64,000 bases of DNA from Candidatus Hodarchaeota archaeon (GTDB taxonomy: Archaea > Asgardarchaeota > Lokiarchaeia > Sigyniarchaeales > SOKP01). Positions 20,460 to 31,090 of this stretch are shown in pieces; the stretch's first letter is position 1; each line of letters begins with the position of its first letter. The notes beneath the pieces were generated by a model. It had not been told where the DNA came from. It searched no databases and saw nothing but the letters and a program-made list of their open reading frames with translations. A program made the position numbers and the translations under genes. Location of the stretch: contig JBHLJY010000002.1 in the NCBI GenBank assembly GCA_048887225.1, positions 320,001 to 384,000 of the forward strand. Direction: 5' to 3'.

Positions 20460-22301
20460 CTATAATTTAATAGGATTTAATCCGTCGTTTTCCATAAATG
20501 TTTCATACCACAATTCAAACATCATTAAATTCCATGCTCTATTCTCATAAATTCTATGATTTCTCTTTCTATTTATGGCTTTTGTATAGCGTGGATTAAT
20601 CAAATTTTTTCTTTTTGAAAGTCTGTCTAATAATTCTCCTGATGATTCATTTAATCCCGTTCTAAGCCAGAAATTCATAGGAGTACTAAACCCCATCTTT
20701 TTTCTTTTTAAAATCTCCGATGGCAATAAATCTTTCACAGCAAGTCGTAATATAAATTTCTCAATCCCATTATTTAATTTATATTTAGAAGGAATTTTGG
20801 TCGAAAATTCAACCATATCTTTATCAAGAAATGGTACTCTTGATTCTAAAGAGGCTGCCATACTCATCTTATCAGTTTTCATATTGTATTGAGATGGAAG
20901 TTGATATTTTATATCCCAATATGAAATTTGATTAATTATATCCAAATTTGAGATTAATTTAGACTTAATTATGTTTTTAACTTCTTCTATTTGAAAATTG
21001 ACCATTTTGGCTTTTTCTTCATCAGGTAGAGCTATCGTGTGGAGAAACCTGTCTAATTCAGTTTTTGAATGATATAAACGAGAGAGCGCAATTCTTAGAG
21101 TTTGTAATGGAATTCCTCTATATAATTTCATTAAAGGTAAAATAATCGCCCTTTGAATTCTTGTCAAGAAATTCATGTAAGCTACTCGATAATAATGTGA
21201 ATATCCAGCGAAAATTTCATCAGCACCATCTCCAGTTAAAGCAACAGTAACATTTTCTTTTGCCAATTTTGCCATTACATAAACAGGAACTATCGCAGCA
21301 TCAGAAATAAGGTCATCAAGATGCCATATTAATTTTGGTAAAAGTTTATAACTAGATGCTTTAACTAATAATTCTGTATGATTAGTGTCGAAATGATTTG
21401 AGATAATTTTTGCATATTTTGTTTCATTTACAGGAGCTCCTTCTTCAAAACCTATTGAAAAGGTTTTTACAGGCTCCTCCATGTATTTTGCCATAATTCC
21501 TACAATAGCTGATGAATCTATTCCTCCTGATAAGAATGCTCCTAAAGGCACTTCACTAATTAAGCGTATTTTTACACTTTCCTCGATTAAATTTCTTAAT
21601 TCTTTTGCTAAATCATCAAGATTCGCTTTATTATTTATCTTGAAATTCAAATTCCAATACTTCTGAATATCTAGTTGTCGTGTCATCAAATTAAATTTTA
21701 ATATGCTTGCGGGAGGAATTTTATAAATGTTTTTAAATAACGTTAAGTGAAAAGGTACATACTTTAAGGAGAGATATAAATTAACCGCATCCAAATTTAA
21801 TTCTTTATTTATATCGTGAAGTAAGATAGATTTTATTTCAGAACTAAATATAAATCTCTCCTCTTCATAATAATAATATAGTGGTTTTAATCCAATTGGA
21901 TCTCGCGCTAAAAGAATAGAATTATTTCTAATATCATAAATGCATAACGCAAATGGCCCTCGAAATTTATTAAAACAATTTTTGCCCCATTCTTCGTATG
22001 AGTGAATAATTACCTCCGTGTCTGATTCGGTATAAAAATTATGACCTTTTTCTTCTAAAATTGCTTTTAGATTTAAAAAATTATATATTTCTCCATTATA
22101 AACAATCCATATTGTTTCATCCTCATTATGCTGTGGTTGATGACCTGTTTTCAAATCTATTATTGGGAGTCTTCTCATCCCAATAGAGATGTTAGAGTCT
22201 GTATAATACCCATCATCATCCGGTCCGCGATGTATAATTAAATTACACATTTTTTTTAATAACTGTTTATGTTCCCTATTGAAACCACATATTCCACACA
22301 T
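20460..22301 (-). CDS. asnB: Asparagine synthase (glutamine-hydrolysing) family amidotransferase, likely glycan-amidating
   Basis: MCGICG Ntn start at 22301, HRGPD, NGEIYN, FLSGGIDSS, TGDGADE, SLESRVPFLD. Confidence 0.9.
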   Translation of the reverse strand: MCGICGFNREHKQLLKKMCNLIIHRGPDDDGYYTDSNISIGMRRLPIIDLKTGHQPQHNEDETIWIVYNGEIYNFLNLKAILEEKGHNFYTESDTEVIIHSYEEWGKNCFNKFRGPFALCIYDIRNNSILLARDPIGLKPLYYYYEEERFIFSSEIKSILLHDINKELNLDAVNLYLSLKYVPFHLTLFKNIYKIPPASILKFNLMTRQLDIQKYWNLNFKINNKANLDDLAKELRNLIEESVKIRLISEVPLGAFLSGGIDSSAIVGIMAKYMEEPVKTFSIGFEEGAPVNETKYAKIISNHFDTNHTELLVKASSYKLLPKLIWHLDDLISDAAIVPVYVMAKLAKENVTVALTGDGADEIFAGYSHYYRVAYMNFLTRIQRAIILPLMKLYRGIPLQTLRIALSRLYHSKTELDRFLHTIALPDEEKAKMVNFQIEEVKNIIKSKLISNLDIINQISYWDIKYQLPSQYNMKTDKMSMAASLESRVPFLDKDMVEFSTKIPSKYKLNNGIEKFILRLAVKDLLPSEILKRKKMGFSTPMNFWLRTGLNESSGELLDRLSKRKNLINPRYTKAINRKRNHRIYENRAWNLMMFELWYETFMENDGLNPIKL

Positions 22302-22334
22302 AATCAATCTAAAAATAGATTTTTTTAAACAATC

Positions 22335-23105
22335 CTATATTATTAATTTTATATAAATAATTTCAGTAAATAGTTTTATAATTTCCTTAATTCCTCCAAA
22401 TTTGTTTCTGGCATATTTTAAATATCTCAATGTTGTATAAATTTGATTTATCAACTGCCTAATTAATTTCTGTTTATTTTTTTTATTGAAAATACTAACA
22501 GGACTATCTAGAATTAACAATTTCTCCTTAATATTGCCAGCTTTTAATTTATATTTATAAATTAATCGACACCATAATTCAAAATCCTGTCCATGTCTCA
22601 GTTTCTCATTGTAATATCCATATAAATCAAAAACTTCTCTTCTAATAAAAATTGTTGAATGTGCAAAACAATTCTCAATAATTTGATTTTTAAATATATC
22701 TTCATATTCAAAGAACTTAATGAAATTAAGATCACCTTCTTTTAATTTAACATTACATCCACAAAATGCTAATAACGGATTTTCTTGAAGAAATTTCAAT
22801 TGTTTTTCTAAACGGTGTGGTAAAGATATATCATCATAATCTTGTCTGGCAATATAATCCGCTGAAGATAATCTGATTGCCTTATTTAATGATTTAGCTA
22901 GCCCAAGATTTTCACGATTTCTAATAACTCTTATCTTTTTGTCCTTATTTGCATAATTTTTAATAATTTCTAATGAATTATCTTTACTTCCATCATCAAT
23001 AATAATAAATTCAAAATTTTTATAAGTTTGATTGATAATACTTTCTATTGCTTTACTCACGGCTTTTTCACCATTATATACAGACATTATTACAGAAATC
23101 TTCAA
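22335..23105 (-). CDS. GT2 family glycosyltransferase
   Basis: SVIMSVYNG, DDGSKD, ARQDYDD, QDFELW. Confidence 0.9.
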   Translation of the reverse strand: MKISVIMSVYNGEKAVSKAIESIINQTYKNFEFIIIDDGSKDNSLEIIKNYANKDKKIRVIRNRENLGLAKSLNKAIRLSSADYIARQDYDDISLPHRLEKQLKFLQENPLLAFCGCNVKLKEGDLNFIKFFEYEDIFKNQIIENCFAHSTIFIRREVFDLYGYYNEKLRHGQDFELWCRLIYKYKLKAGNIKEKLLILDSPVSIFNKKNKQKLIRQLINQIYTTLRYLKYARNKFGGIKEIIKLFTEIIYIKLII

Positions 23106-23145
23106 AATTCAAACTCAACTAGAATATTTTTATGATTCTTTTTAA

Positions 23146-24159
23146 TCAGAGAATTAAATTCATTATTTTAAGAAAAAGCTTCAAGATACTAGCATGACTT
23201 AACAATCTTCCTAATATGATCGAATCTAAATAGATATCAAGATGTTGTTTTTGTAATTTTTTTTCTTTAGAGTTATTTTTATTGTTTCTTAAATATTTAA
23301 TTTGCCTAAAATTCTGAATAAGAAATTTATAAACTTTTAACCTTAACTTCAATATTTTATTGGATAATGCATGAGTAATAAGCATAACTTCACTTATTAG
23401 GAAAAAAGGGATTAATTTTCTTATTTTATCAATATTCTTATAAATTGTTAAATAGCGGTTTCTTTCAATATAGAAATAAGTAAAATCGTTTAAAATCATA
23501 TGAATTTTTTGGTGATGTAAAGTAGTTTCATTAGTAGTATAAATTGAAATACATTTCCTAATTGCTCTTAATGAGAAATCGGTATCTTCATGATACATGA
23601 AAAAAAAAGTGTCAAAGCCGTTTAATTCTATGAAAGTCTTCTTTTTTAGGAACATACTACAACCAGCGATTTTTAATGTTTTAAAAGTAGATTTTTCTTT
23701 AGAAATTTTTTTATACATATTAGGAGTATAAGAAAATCCTAAAAAATGAATTTTTGCTCCAAAATAGTTTATATAGTTAGCAGTAAATACAACTGCTGGG
23801 CTTATAATGATCTCTTTATCCTTTTTAAGATTTTTATAGAGATTTAATAAAATAATAAAAAAATCCTTAGGAAAATCAACATCATCATTAGTTATAAATA
23901 AAAACTCTCCTTTCGCTTTTGGAGCACCTAAATTTATAGCCCTAGCAAATCCTAAGTCCTTATTCTGTTCAATAAGTCTAATATTTAGGTTTTTAAAAGA
24001 TTTAATTATTTCTTTTGTAGAATCCAATGATCCATTATCAATAATAACTACTTCGATCTCTTCCAAATTATCTAAGTTTTCTATTGATTTTAGGTTTTTA
24101 TAAATGACCTTTTCTGCGAAATAAGTAGGAAAAATTATTGATATTTTAGGATCAGTCAT
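23146..24159 (-). CDS. GT2 family glycosyltransferase (rhamnosyltransferase-like)
   Basis: DNGS, GFARAIN, NDD, GFD.FFMYHEDTD. Confidence 0.85.
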   Translation of the reverse strand: MTDPKISIIFPTYFAEKVIYKNLKSIENLDNLEEIEVVIIDNGSLDSTKEIIKSFKNLNIRLIEQNKDLGFARAINLGAPKAKGEFLFITNDDVDFPKDFFIILLNLYKNLKKDKEIIISPAVVFTANYINYFGAKIHFLGFSYTPNMYKKISKEKSTFKTLKIAGCSMFLKKKTFIELNGFDTFFFMYHEDTDFSLRAIRKCISIYTTNETTLHHQKIHMILNDFTYFYIERNRYLTIYKNIDKIRKLIPFFLISEVMLITHALSNKILKLRLKVYKFLIQNFRQIKYLRNNKNNSKEKKLQKQHLDIYLDSIILGRLLSHASILKLFLKIMNLIL

Positions 24160-24192
24160 ATAAAGAGGTCTAATTAATCATAATATAAGATT

Positions 24193-25050
24193 TTAATCAT
24201 GTTGTTCTTTAAGTATCTTTTTTAATTTTGTATTATCACCCCAAAAGGCCATTGGCACGTAATCGGGGTAATTGTAGTATCCTAAATTTAATTTTATTGT
24301 TTTATTTCTATTTCTTATATGATTTTCAACTATATTTTTTATTGAAATTGGCTTTCCGCTACAACAATTGATAATCCCATTAATTTTATTTTGTAAAGAA
24401 ATTTTTATAATATATTCGGCAACCTTCTCAACTGGCAAATAATCTCTTAATTGTTCACCACCTGACATGTTAAAAATCTCTTCATTATTATCAAGCGCCT
24501 TATCTAATTGAGGTATTATTGATTTAGGGCTTTGTCCTTTCCCATACATATAAAATAACCTAATCCATCTAAAACTAAATTGATAAATATTCTTTAATTG
24601 TTCTATAAATCTTCTCAATGTATCTTTTCCAAGGGCATAAGCTGTTATTGGATTTGCCTCTAAATTTTCATTTAAACATCCTTCTTTCCACCCATATTCA
24701 AAACAAGTACCCGTTATACTTAAGTCTTTTAGCCCATTTTCAATAATATTTTTTAAAAACCTATAATTCACTATAAGATTTTTTTCGAAATGATATAATT
24801 CTTTAAAATTTGGTAATCCTTCCCAAGCTAAATGAATTAATACATCAGGTTCTTCGAAAAAAGTATAATAGTTATTCCTTTCTTCACTTATATCACAATT
24901 AATATATTTTACTTTATTAAACCACTGGAAAGATTTAGCTTTTTCCTTGTTTCTAGAAGTAGTGATAAGTTCATGTCTCTTTAAATTAATAAGTTGTTGA
25001 ACTACATAACGGCCAATGAATCCTGTGGCACCTGTGACTAAAATTTTCAA
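24193..25050 (-). CDS. NAD-dependent epimerase/reductase (extended SDR)
   Basis: TGATGFIG, HLAW, GTCFEYG, YALGK. Confidence 0.85.
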   Translation of the reverse strand: MKILVTGATGFIGRYVVQQLINLKRHELITTSRNKEKAKSFQWFNKVKYINCDISEERNNYYTFFEEPDVLIHLAWEGLPNFKELYHFEKNLIVNYRFLKNIIENGLKDLSITGTCFEYGWKEGCLNENLEANPITAYALGKDTLRRFIEQLKNIYQFSFRWIRLFYMYGKGQSPKSIIPQLDKALDNNEEIFNMSGGEQLRDYLPVEKVAEYIIKISLQNKINGIINCCSGKPISIKNIVENHIRNRNKTIKLNLGYYNYPDYVPMAFWGDNTKLKKILKEQHD

Positions 25051-25054
25051 AAAA

Positions 25055-25621
25055 TTACACCTCTAATCCTTCAAAATCATCTGTTAGAAGTTTTAAATTA
25101 TTATCCTTTTCTGAAATATCTGTTACATCTAATGGCCAATTTATAGCTATTTTAGGATCGCTATATCTTACACCATTTTCGCTTTCAGGACTATAAAATT
25201 CTGTTGTATAATATATCATCTCAACATCATCTTCTAATGATTGAAATCCATGAGCAAACCCTTCTGGAACATATAACATTTTCATATTTTTAGCAGATAA
25301 GATTTCACTATGATGTTTTAGGAATGTAGGAGAATTCTTTCTGAGATCTATTGCCACATCAAATATAGAACCCTTAATGCATTTTATAATTTTTATTTCT
25401 GCTTTAGGAGGATTCTGAAAATGCATACCCCTTATTGATCCCTTAATTTTGGTGGCAGAGTGATTTATATTTACAATCTCTTTATCATGACTAATTTCTT
25501 TAAATTCCTCTTTGCAGAAAACTCTTGCGAACATTCCTCGATGATCTATGAATGGATCTGGCTTAATTATATAAACATCCTTTATGTCAGTATCAAAAAA
25601 TTTTAATTTTGTACCCATCAA
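25055..25621 (-). CDS. rfbC: RmlC-like NDP-4-keto-6-deoxyhexose 3,5-epimerase
   Basis: DHRG.F, RGMHFQ, DVAIDLRKNSPTF, VPEGFAHGFQ. Confidence 0.9.
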   Translation of the reverse strand: MMGTKLKFFDTDIKDVYIIKPDPFIDHRGMFARVFCKEEFKEISHDKEIVNINHSATKIKGSIRGMHFQNPPKAEIKIIKCIKGSIFDVAIDLRKNSPTFLKHHSEILSAKNMKMLYVPEGFAHGFQSLEDDVEMIYYTTEFYSPESENGVRYSDPKIAINWPLDVTDISEKDNNLKLLTDDFEGLEV

Positions 25622-25624
25622 ATA

Positions 25625-26671
25625 TTACTTCCAATACAAATTTTCATTAAGCTTATTATTTTTTAATAAGTATTTCAGTTGATTTAAACGTGTAAAGTTT
25701 TTATCTTGAAATATTTCATAACTCAGATTAATATCTTCAAAAGTATTAATTAATTCTTTCACTCCCTTTTTAAGTGTCCATTGGGGTTTGAAATTTTTTA
25801 ACTTTTCTTTTATTTTATCAAAATTTACGTTATAATCTCTCTGATCAGGATTATTTTTTCCTAATATCTTAACTTCACAATCTTTCATTTGATTATGAAT
25901 TTCTTCAGCCATACTTTTAACTTGATAGTTTTCAGAATTGATCCCAACATTAAACGCCTCATTATGTATAATCTCTTTAGGTGCATTTAAAGCTGCAATA
26001 AAAGCATTGCTTATATCTCTAATATGAACAATAGGTCGCCAAGCTCTCCCATCGCTTAATATTTTTATTTCTTTAGTAGTATAACCCCACCCCGTTAAAT
26101 TGTTGACAACAAGATCAAATCTCATATTAGGTGAAATTCCAAAAGCGGTACCATTTCTTAAGTAAACTGGTGAAAATTTATCGTCTGCTATTTTGGATAA
26201 AGCCTTCTCTAAATTTACTTTAGAATGAGCATATGCAGAAAGTGGATTCATTGTTGAGTCTTCATCTAAATTATTTTTCTCCATTTGTCCATATATACTA
26301 CACGATGATGAAAATAAGAATCTTGAAACATTTGCTTTTTTAGCCATTTCTGCTAATCTTAAGGATGATAAATAATTAATATCATTTGTGAGTTCTGGAG
26401 TTATTTTACCTAATGGATCATTAGATAATGCTGCTAAATGAATAACAGCATCTACATTATGAAAATCCTCAATAGTTGCATGTCTAATATCCTTTTTCAA
26501 CTGTAAAATATCCTTTGGGATGTTAAATTGAATCAATTTTTTATCCCTATAATAATCTGTATCCATTCCAATTACTTTATAACCTTCATTAAGTAGATCT
26601 TGAGTTAATATTATTCCAATGTATCCTAAATTGCCTGTAACGATAATGCTTTCCATTTTAAAATTTAGCAC
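25625..26671 (-). CDS. NAD-dependent epimerase/dehydratase (extended SDR, not classical RfbG)
   Basis: TGNLGYIG, HLAALSNDPLG, SSCSIYG, YAHSK. Confidence 0.85.
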   Translation of the reverse strand: MLNFKMESIIVTGNLGYIGIILTQDLLNEGYKVIGMDTDYYRDKKLIQFNIPKDILQLKKDIRHATIEDFHNVDAVIHLAALSNDPLGKITPELTNDINYLSSLRLAEMAKKANVSRFLFSSSCSIYGQMEKNNLDEDSTMNPLSAYAHSKVNLEKALSKIADDKFSPVYLRNGTAFGISPNMRFDLVVNNLTGWGYTTKEIKILSDGRAWRPIVHIRDISNAFIAALNAPKEIIHNEAFNVGINSENYQVKSMAEEIHNQMKDCEVKILGKNNPDQRDYNVNFDKIKEKLKNFKPQWTLKKGVKELINTFEDINLSYEIFQDKNFTRLNQLKYLLKNNKLNENLYWK

Positions 26672-26752
26672 TTTGTTAATTTACTGAAATAAGTGCAATC
26701 GCGTATAATAAGCTTTAATAGGAATAATTATATTTTTAATTTTCGGATAAGT

Positions 26753-27529
26753 TTAATCCCAAACTTTCCAGAATGCTTTATTGCTAATCCATAGTTTATT
26801 TAAATGAACTACATCTCTCTCATGATCCATACATTCCCAATTTCCTTCATGTTTATATACCATTACCTCTCCCATCTCTGTCAGCTTTTCAAAAGCGCCT
26901 TTTTCTAAATCGCAATTTTCATCAGACGTTAGATAATCAAGTAATTCCTTATTAAAGACCATAAATCCTCCATTTATTAATCCAACTGATGTTTGTGGCT
27001 TTTCTTGAAATTTAAGCACTCTTCCATCTTTCTCATTTAATTCTCCAAATCTAGAAGGAGGATGGACTCCTGTGATTGTTAACGTTTTTCCATGTGATTT
27101 ATGAAATTTAATTAATTGATTTATACTTATATCACTTAAACCATCTCCATAAGTCAACATATTAATTTCATCATCGAGATATTTTTCAACTCTTTTGATC
27201 CGTGCTCCTTTTAAAGTATTTAAACCAGTATCAACTAAAGTAACCTTCCATTTCTCCTGATTGGTTTTTCCATGAAAATCTATATCTTTAGTATTAAGAT
27301 TTATTGTAAAATCATTGTTATTCATATCATAATGAAAGAAATAATTTTTGATAACTTCGCCATTCACTCCTAAACATATAATAAACTCATCGTATCCATA
27401 AAAAGAATATATCTTCATAATATGCCATAATATCGGTCTTTTTCCTATTTCTACCATTGGTTTTGGGATTAAATCTGATAATCGCCCAAGTCTAGTCCCC
27501 CAGCCCCCAGCAAGAATAATCACTTTCAT
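26753..27529 (-). CDS. rfbF: Glucose-1-phosphate cytidylyltransferase
   Basis: LAGGWGTRL...PKPMVEIG.RPILWHIMK, VDTG, TYGDG, W.CMD. Confidence 0.9.
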   Translation of the reverse strand: MKVIILAGGWGTRLGRLSDLIPKPMVEIGKRPILWHIMKIYSFYGYDEFIICLGVNGEVIKNYFFHYDMNNNDFTINLNTKDIDFHGKTNQEKWKVTLVDTGLNTLKGARIKRVEKYLDDEINMLTYGDGLSDISINQLIKFHKSHGKTLTITGVHPPSRFGELNEKDGRVLKFQEKPQTSVGLINGGFMVFNKELLDYLTSDENCDLEKGAFEKLTEMGEVMVYKHEGNWECMDHERDVVHLNKLWISNKAFWKVWD

Positions 27530-27734
27530 TTTTTACCATTATTCGATATTTATTTTATTAAAAATTTAAGTTTTTAAGAAAAACGTCTTTAATAGTAAAA
27601 ATATGGATTATTATTTATTTTTCATTAAAATTTAAAGGTTTAGATAAAATAATTAATAAAATTACATTCCCATTATTAGATAAATAGCCATTTAAGTTAT
27701 GTGGTTGTTACGTTTTGTTTTGGATTGAAAAAAA

Positions 27735-28781
27735 ATGAAAAAGAGAATCATTACCATTGATATATTAAGAGCATTTTCTATATTTTGTATGATTCAAGTT
27801 CATATATTCTATTATTGGACAAATATGAATTATGATAATGCAAATTTGGTTATATTATATTTTGGACAATTAGCGGCTCCCATTTTCCTTATCGTTTCAG
27901 GATGTAGTTTTTATTTGTATATATCTAAAAAAGTGAATGAAAATATTGCCAGATTAGAGATTTTTAAAGAAATATCTAAAAGAGCTGTTTTTATTTTTAG
28001 CATATCCCTCGTATTTCAAATTCTCTTTGGTTTTATAATGGAATTGAAGATATCTTTTATTATTTATTGGAGTATATTTCAAGTAATTGCCTTTTCAATG
28101 ATTATCTATTTTTTTATCCCATTTTTAAAAAGAGAACTCAGAATCTTTACTTTGTTTTTAATCTTCTTTTTACTTTATCTAATATATTTTTTAATTCAAT
28201 TTTATAATATTGAGTATCTTGCTATTTTAGTTAGTGGAGGGGATTATACGTTTCTTCCTTGGGCAAGTCTTTTTATATTTGGTATTTTAATAGGTGATTT
28301 GATAATAAACATGCCAACCTATTACTTTAAAATATGCTTTATAATTTTTTTTCCGATTGGGATAATAATTCTTATTATATGGTGGCTTTGGTTTAAGGAT
28401 TTACGAATTGATTGGTGGATAGTAAGTTTTATATCTGCATTTTCGACATTTTTTATAGTTTTTCCTTTATTGTATTATTTTGCTGATATTAAAGAATATC
28501 AATCAAAACTTCTTACTAGGGGCACTCAGTGGGGTAGGTTTTCATTTTCTATTTATTATCTTCACTTTGGGGTTATAGCTATTGGTATTCTTATCTTCCC
28601 TTTTATTATACCTGATCTTTTTTCAAGGGGTTTTCTTTTATATCAATTTATCATCATCGTAATTATGTTTTACATAGGGATTGAATTATTTCTTAGAGTT
28701 TGGAAAAAATTGAATTATATCTTTGGTATAGAGTGGTTTTTGAACTTCATTAGTAAAAAGGAATTGTTTTCAAATGATTAA
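27735..28781 (+). CDS. HGSNAT/DUF1624-like membrane acyltransferase, paralogue 1
   Basis: RIITIDILRAFSIFCMIQVH, about 10 TM, C-terminal FSIYYLH...GIEWFL. Confidence 0.7.
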   Translation: MKKRIITIDILRAFSIFCMIQVHIFYYWTNMNYDNANLVILYFGQLAAPIFLIVSGCSFYLYISKKVNENIARLEIFKEISKRAVFIFSISLVFQILFGFIMELKISFIIYWSIFQVIAFSMIIYFFIPFLKRELRIFTLFLIFFLLYLIYFLIQFYNIEYLAILVSGGDYTFLPWASLFIFGILIGDLIINMPTYYFKICFIIFFPIGIIILIIWWLWFKDLRIDWWIVSFISAFSTFFIVFPLLYYFADIKEYQSKLLTRGTQWGRFSFSIYYLHFGVIAIGILIFPFIIPDLFSRGFLLYQFIIIVIMFYIGIELFLRVWKKLNYIFGIEWFLNFISKKELFSND

Positions 28782-28852
28782 TTTATAATTTATGTTGAAT
28801 TCTACAAAATAACTTCATTTTAAATGAAATATAATAGAAGTTGATAATTAAA

Positions 28853-29923
28853 ATGGATCGTAGGTATAATTCGATTGATATATTGCGAGCTCTCGCAATA
28901 ATCGAAATGATTACAGGACATATTTATATGTTAATGACAAATCAGAATTATTGGATAATAGGATTTCTTTTTGTTTTACTCTTTGGAACTTGGGCTGAAG
29001 CTATTTTTCTTGGATGTGCAGGAACAGGTTTTTTTTTATATATTAATAAGAGAATTAAGAATGATTGGTCGAAACGAAAAATTTTTATTGAAATTTTAAA
29101 AAGAGCGGCATTCCTTTTTTTTATAACCCTTATAATACTGCTAAGTTTTGGTTTTATTTTTGATATGCATATTTCATTTATTATTTACTGGAGTATTTTT
29201 CAAGTTATCGCGTTTTCCATGTTATTGTTCTTTTTTATACCCTTTTTTAAAAAAATTTATAGAAGAATTATAATAATAACTTTAATATTTACTATTTATT
29301 TTGGGTACGTGATCATTAAGTATAATAATATTGAGATTCTTTTTATTTTAGTGTCCGGTGGAGCCTTTACATATTTACCCTGGGCAAGCTTTTATTTAAT
29401 TGGGATATTAATTGGGGATTTAATATTAAATACTGAAATTGAAGTATTTAAAAAAATTTTGACAATGCCTCTATTATCAGGAATAATCCTTCTTGTTCTC
29501 TCTCTTTTTTGGCTTAATAATAATACATTCAATATTGATAATTTAATAATATTACATATCACAGCATATGCAGGATATTTTATACTGTTCTCATTAATCT
29601 TTTTTTTAACTGATGTCAAAGAAATTAAATCTCCTTTACAAGTATCTTTAGTCAGGTGGGGAAAAGTATCATTTTCACTTTATTATATACATTTTATTGT
29701 TATAATTGCAGGTTTAATCATTGCTCCTTTAATTATTAGTAATTTCACCACGAAAGGTTTACAAATATATCAGTATTTTATATTTGTTGCAATCACCATA
29801 TTAATTATTGAAATCTTTTCAAGGATATGGGAGAAATATGATTTTATTTTTGGAATTGAATGGATAATGAACCTAATTTCTAAAAGATCTCCAATTAATA
29901 AACAAATTAATGAAGAAGGTTAG
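28853..29923 (+). CDS. HGSNAT/DUF1624-like membrane acyltransferase, paralogue 2
   Basis: RYNSIDILRALAIIEMITGH; shares ISFIIYWSIFQVIAFSM exactly with paralogue 1. Confidence 0.7.
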   Translation: MDRRYNSIDILRALAIIEMITGHIYMLMTNQNYWIIGFLFVLLFGTWAEAIFLGCAGTGFFLYINKRIKNDWSKRKIFIEILKRAAFLFFITLIILLSFGFIFDMHISFIIYWSIFQVIAFSMLLFFFIPFFKKIYRRIIIITLIFTIYFGYVIIKYNNIEILFILVSGGAFTYLPWASFYLIGILIGDLILNTEIEVFKKILTMPLLSGIILLVLSLFWLNNNTFNIDNLIILHITAYAGYFILFSLIFFLTDVKEIKSPLQVSLVRWGKVSFSLYYIHFIVIIAGLIIAPLIISNFTTKGLQIYQYFIFVAITILIIEIFSRIWEKYDFIFGIEWIMNLISKRSPINKQINEEG

Positions 29924-29950
29924 TATTTTATTATTTAAAAAAGGGAATAA

Positions 29951-31090
29951 TTGATGAAAATACTTTTTTTTTCAGCTTTTTTTTATGCAAAAGGACATGA
30001 AACTTACTTAGCTGATGAAATATTTACATTGGCAAATAATTACTCTAATATTCAAATTATTGTATACACCACAAATTCTGAGATAGCTTCAATAACAAAA
30101 TTAAAAAAAAATATTCTCTGGATTCAGCGTAAGAATTTAAAGAACATTAGGGTTCTCTTCCAATTTATAAAAGATATGGCAAATATATTCATAAAATTCA
30201 AACCTGACATCGTTCACTCCACATATATTATTGAATCATTAATTATGGGTCTTTTGGGAAGAATTTTTAGAGTTCCTACAATCCTTCATGGGAGAGGAAC
30301 AGATATCAACTATTTCCCCTTCTTAAGCTTTAGAAAGAATATATTAGCAAGGATCAGCTGTAAATTAAATAAAAAAATCATAACAGTCTCAAAAACCATG
30401 AAAAAAGAAATTATGAGATTGAATGTTCAAGAGAAAAAAGTCCAATATATTTACAATGGTGTTAACAATAAATTATTTCAACCAAAAGTGAAAAGAAATT
30501 ATTCTAATATTGACGTATTTGAACTCATTCATATAGGAAGATATTCACCTGAAAAGTGTCAAGATTTAATCGTAAAAGTTGTAAAAGACTTAAAAGATAA
30601 TGGTTTTGATATCCATTTCAACTTAATTGGATTCGGTCATAAAATTTTAAGGGATAATAAGATTGGATATGAAGTGAAAAAAGAACTTGTAGAATTAATT
30701 AAGAGCTATAAATTAGAATCTTCTATTTCTCTATTAGGATTTGTAGATCATAAAAAAATACCACGCTATTTAGAAAAGGCTCATATTTATATTCAAACCT
30801 CTTTAACAGAAGGGTTACCTAATTCAGTTTTAGAAGCAATGAGTATGGAATTGCCAATAATAATGACTAAAGCCGGGGGGATGCTTGAATTGAATATCAA
30901 ACCAGGAACAATTTTAATTGAAAAAAACAATAGGAAGCAATTATATGACGCAATAATTTACTTCATTAAAAATCCTGATATAATGAAAGTGGGTGGTAAA
31001 AAGAATAGAGAATTTATTGTGAATAATTTCAATTGGGACATTCATACAGAGAAATTATATAATGTTTATAATGAAATAGTGAAAAATTGA
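29951..31090 (+). CDS. GT4 family glycosyltransferase
   Basis: HGRGTD, YNGV, GRYSPEK, EGLPNSVLEAMS. Confidence 0.9.
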   Translation: MMKILFFSAFFYAKGHETYLADEIFTLANNYSNIQIIVYTTNSEIASITKLKKNILWIQRKNLKNIRVLFQFIKDMANIFIKFKPDIVHSTYIIESLIMGLLGRIFRVPTILHGRGTDINYFPFLSFRKNILARISCKLNKKIITVSKTMKKEIMRLNVQEKKVQYIYNGVNNKLFQPKVKRNYSNIDVFELIHIGRYSPEKCQDLIVKVVKDLKDNGFDIHFNLIGFGHKILRDNKIGYEVKKELVELIKSYKLESSISLLGFVDHKKIPRYLEKAHIYIQTSLTEGLPNSVLEAMSMELPIIMTKAGGMLELNIKPGTILIEKNNRKQLYDAIIYFIKNPDIMKVGGKKNREFIVNNFNWDIHTEKLYNVYNEIVKN

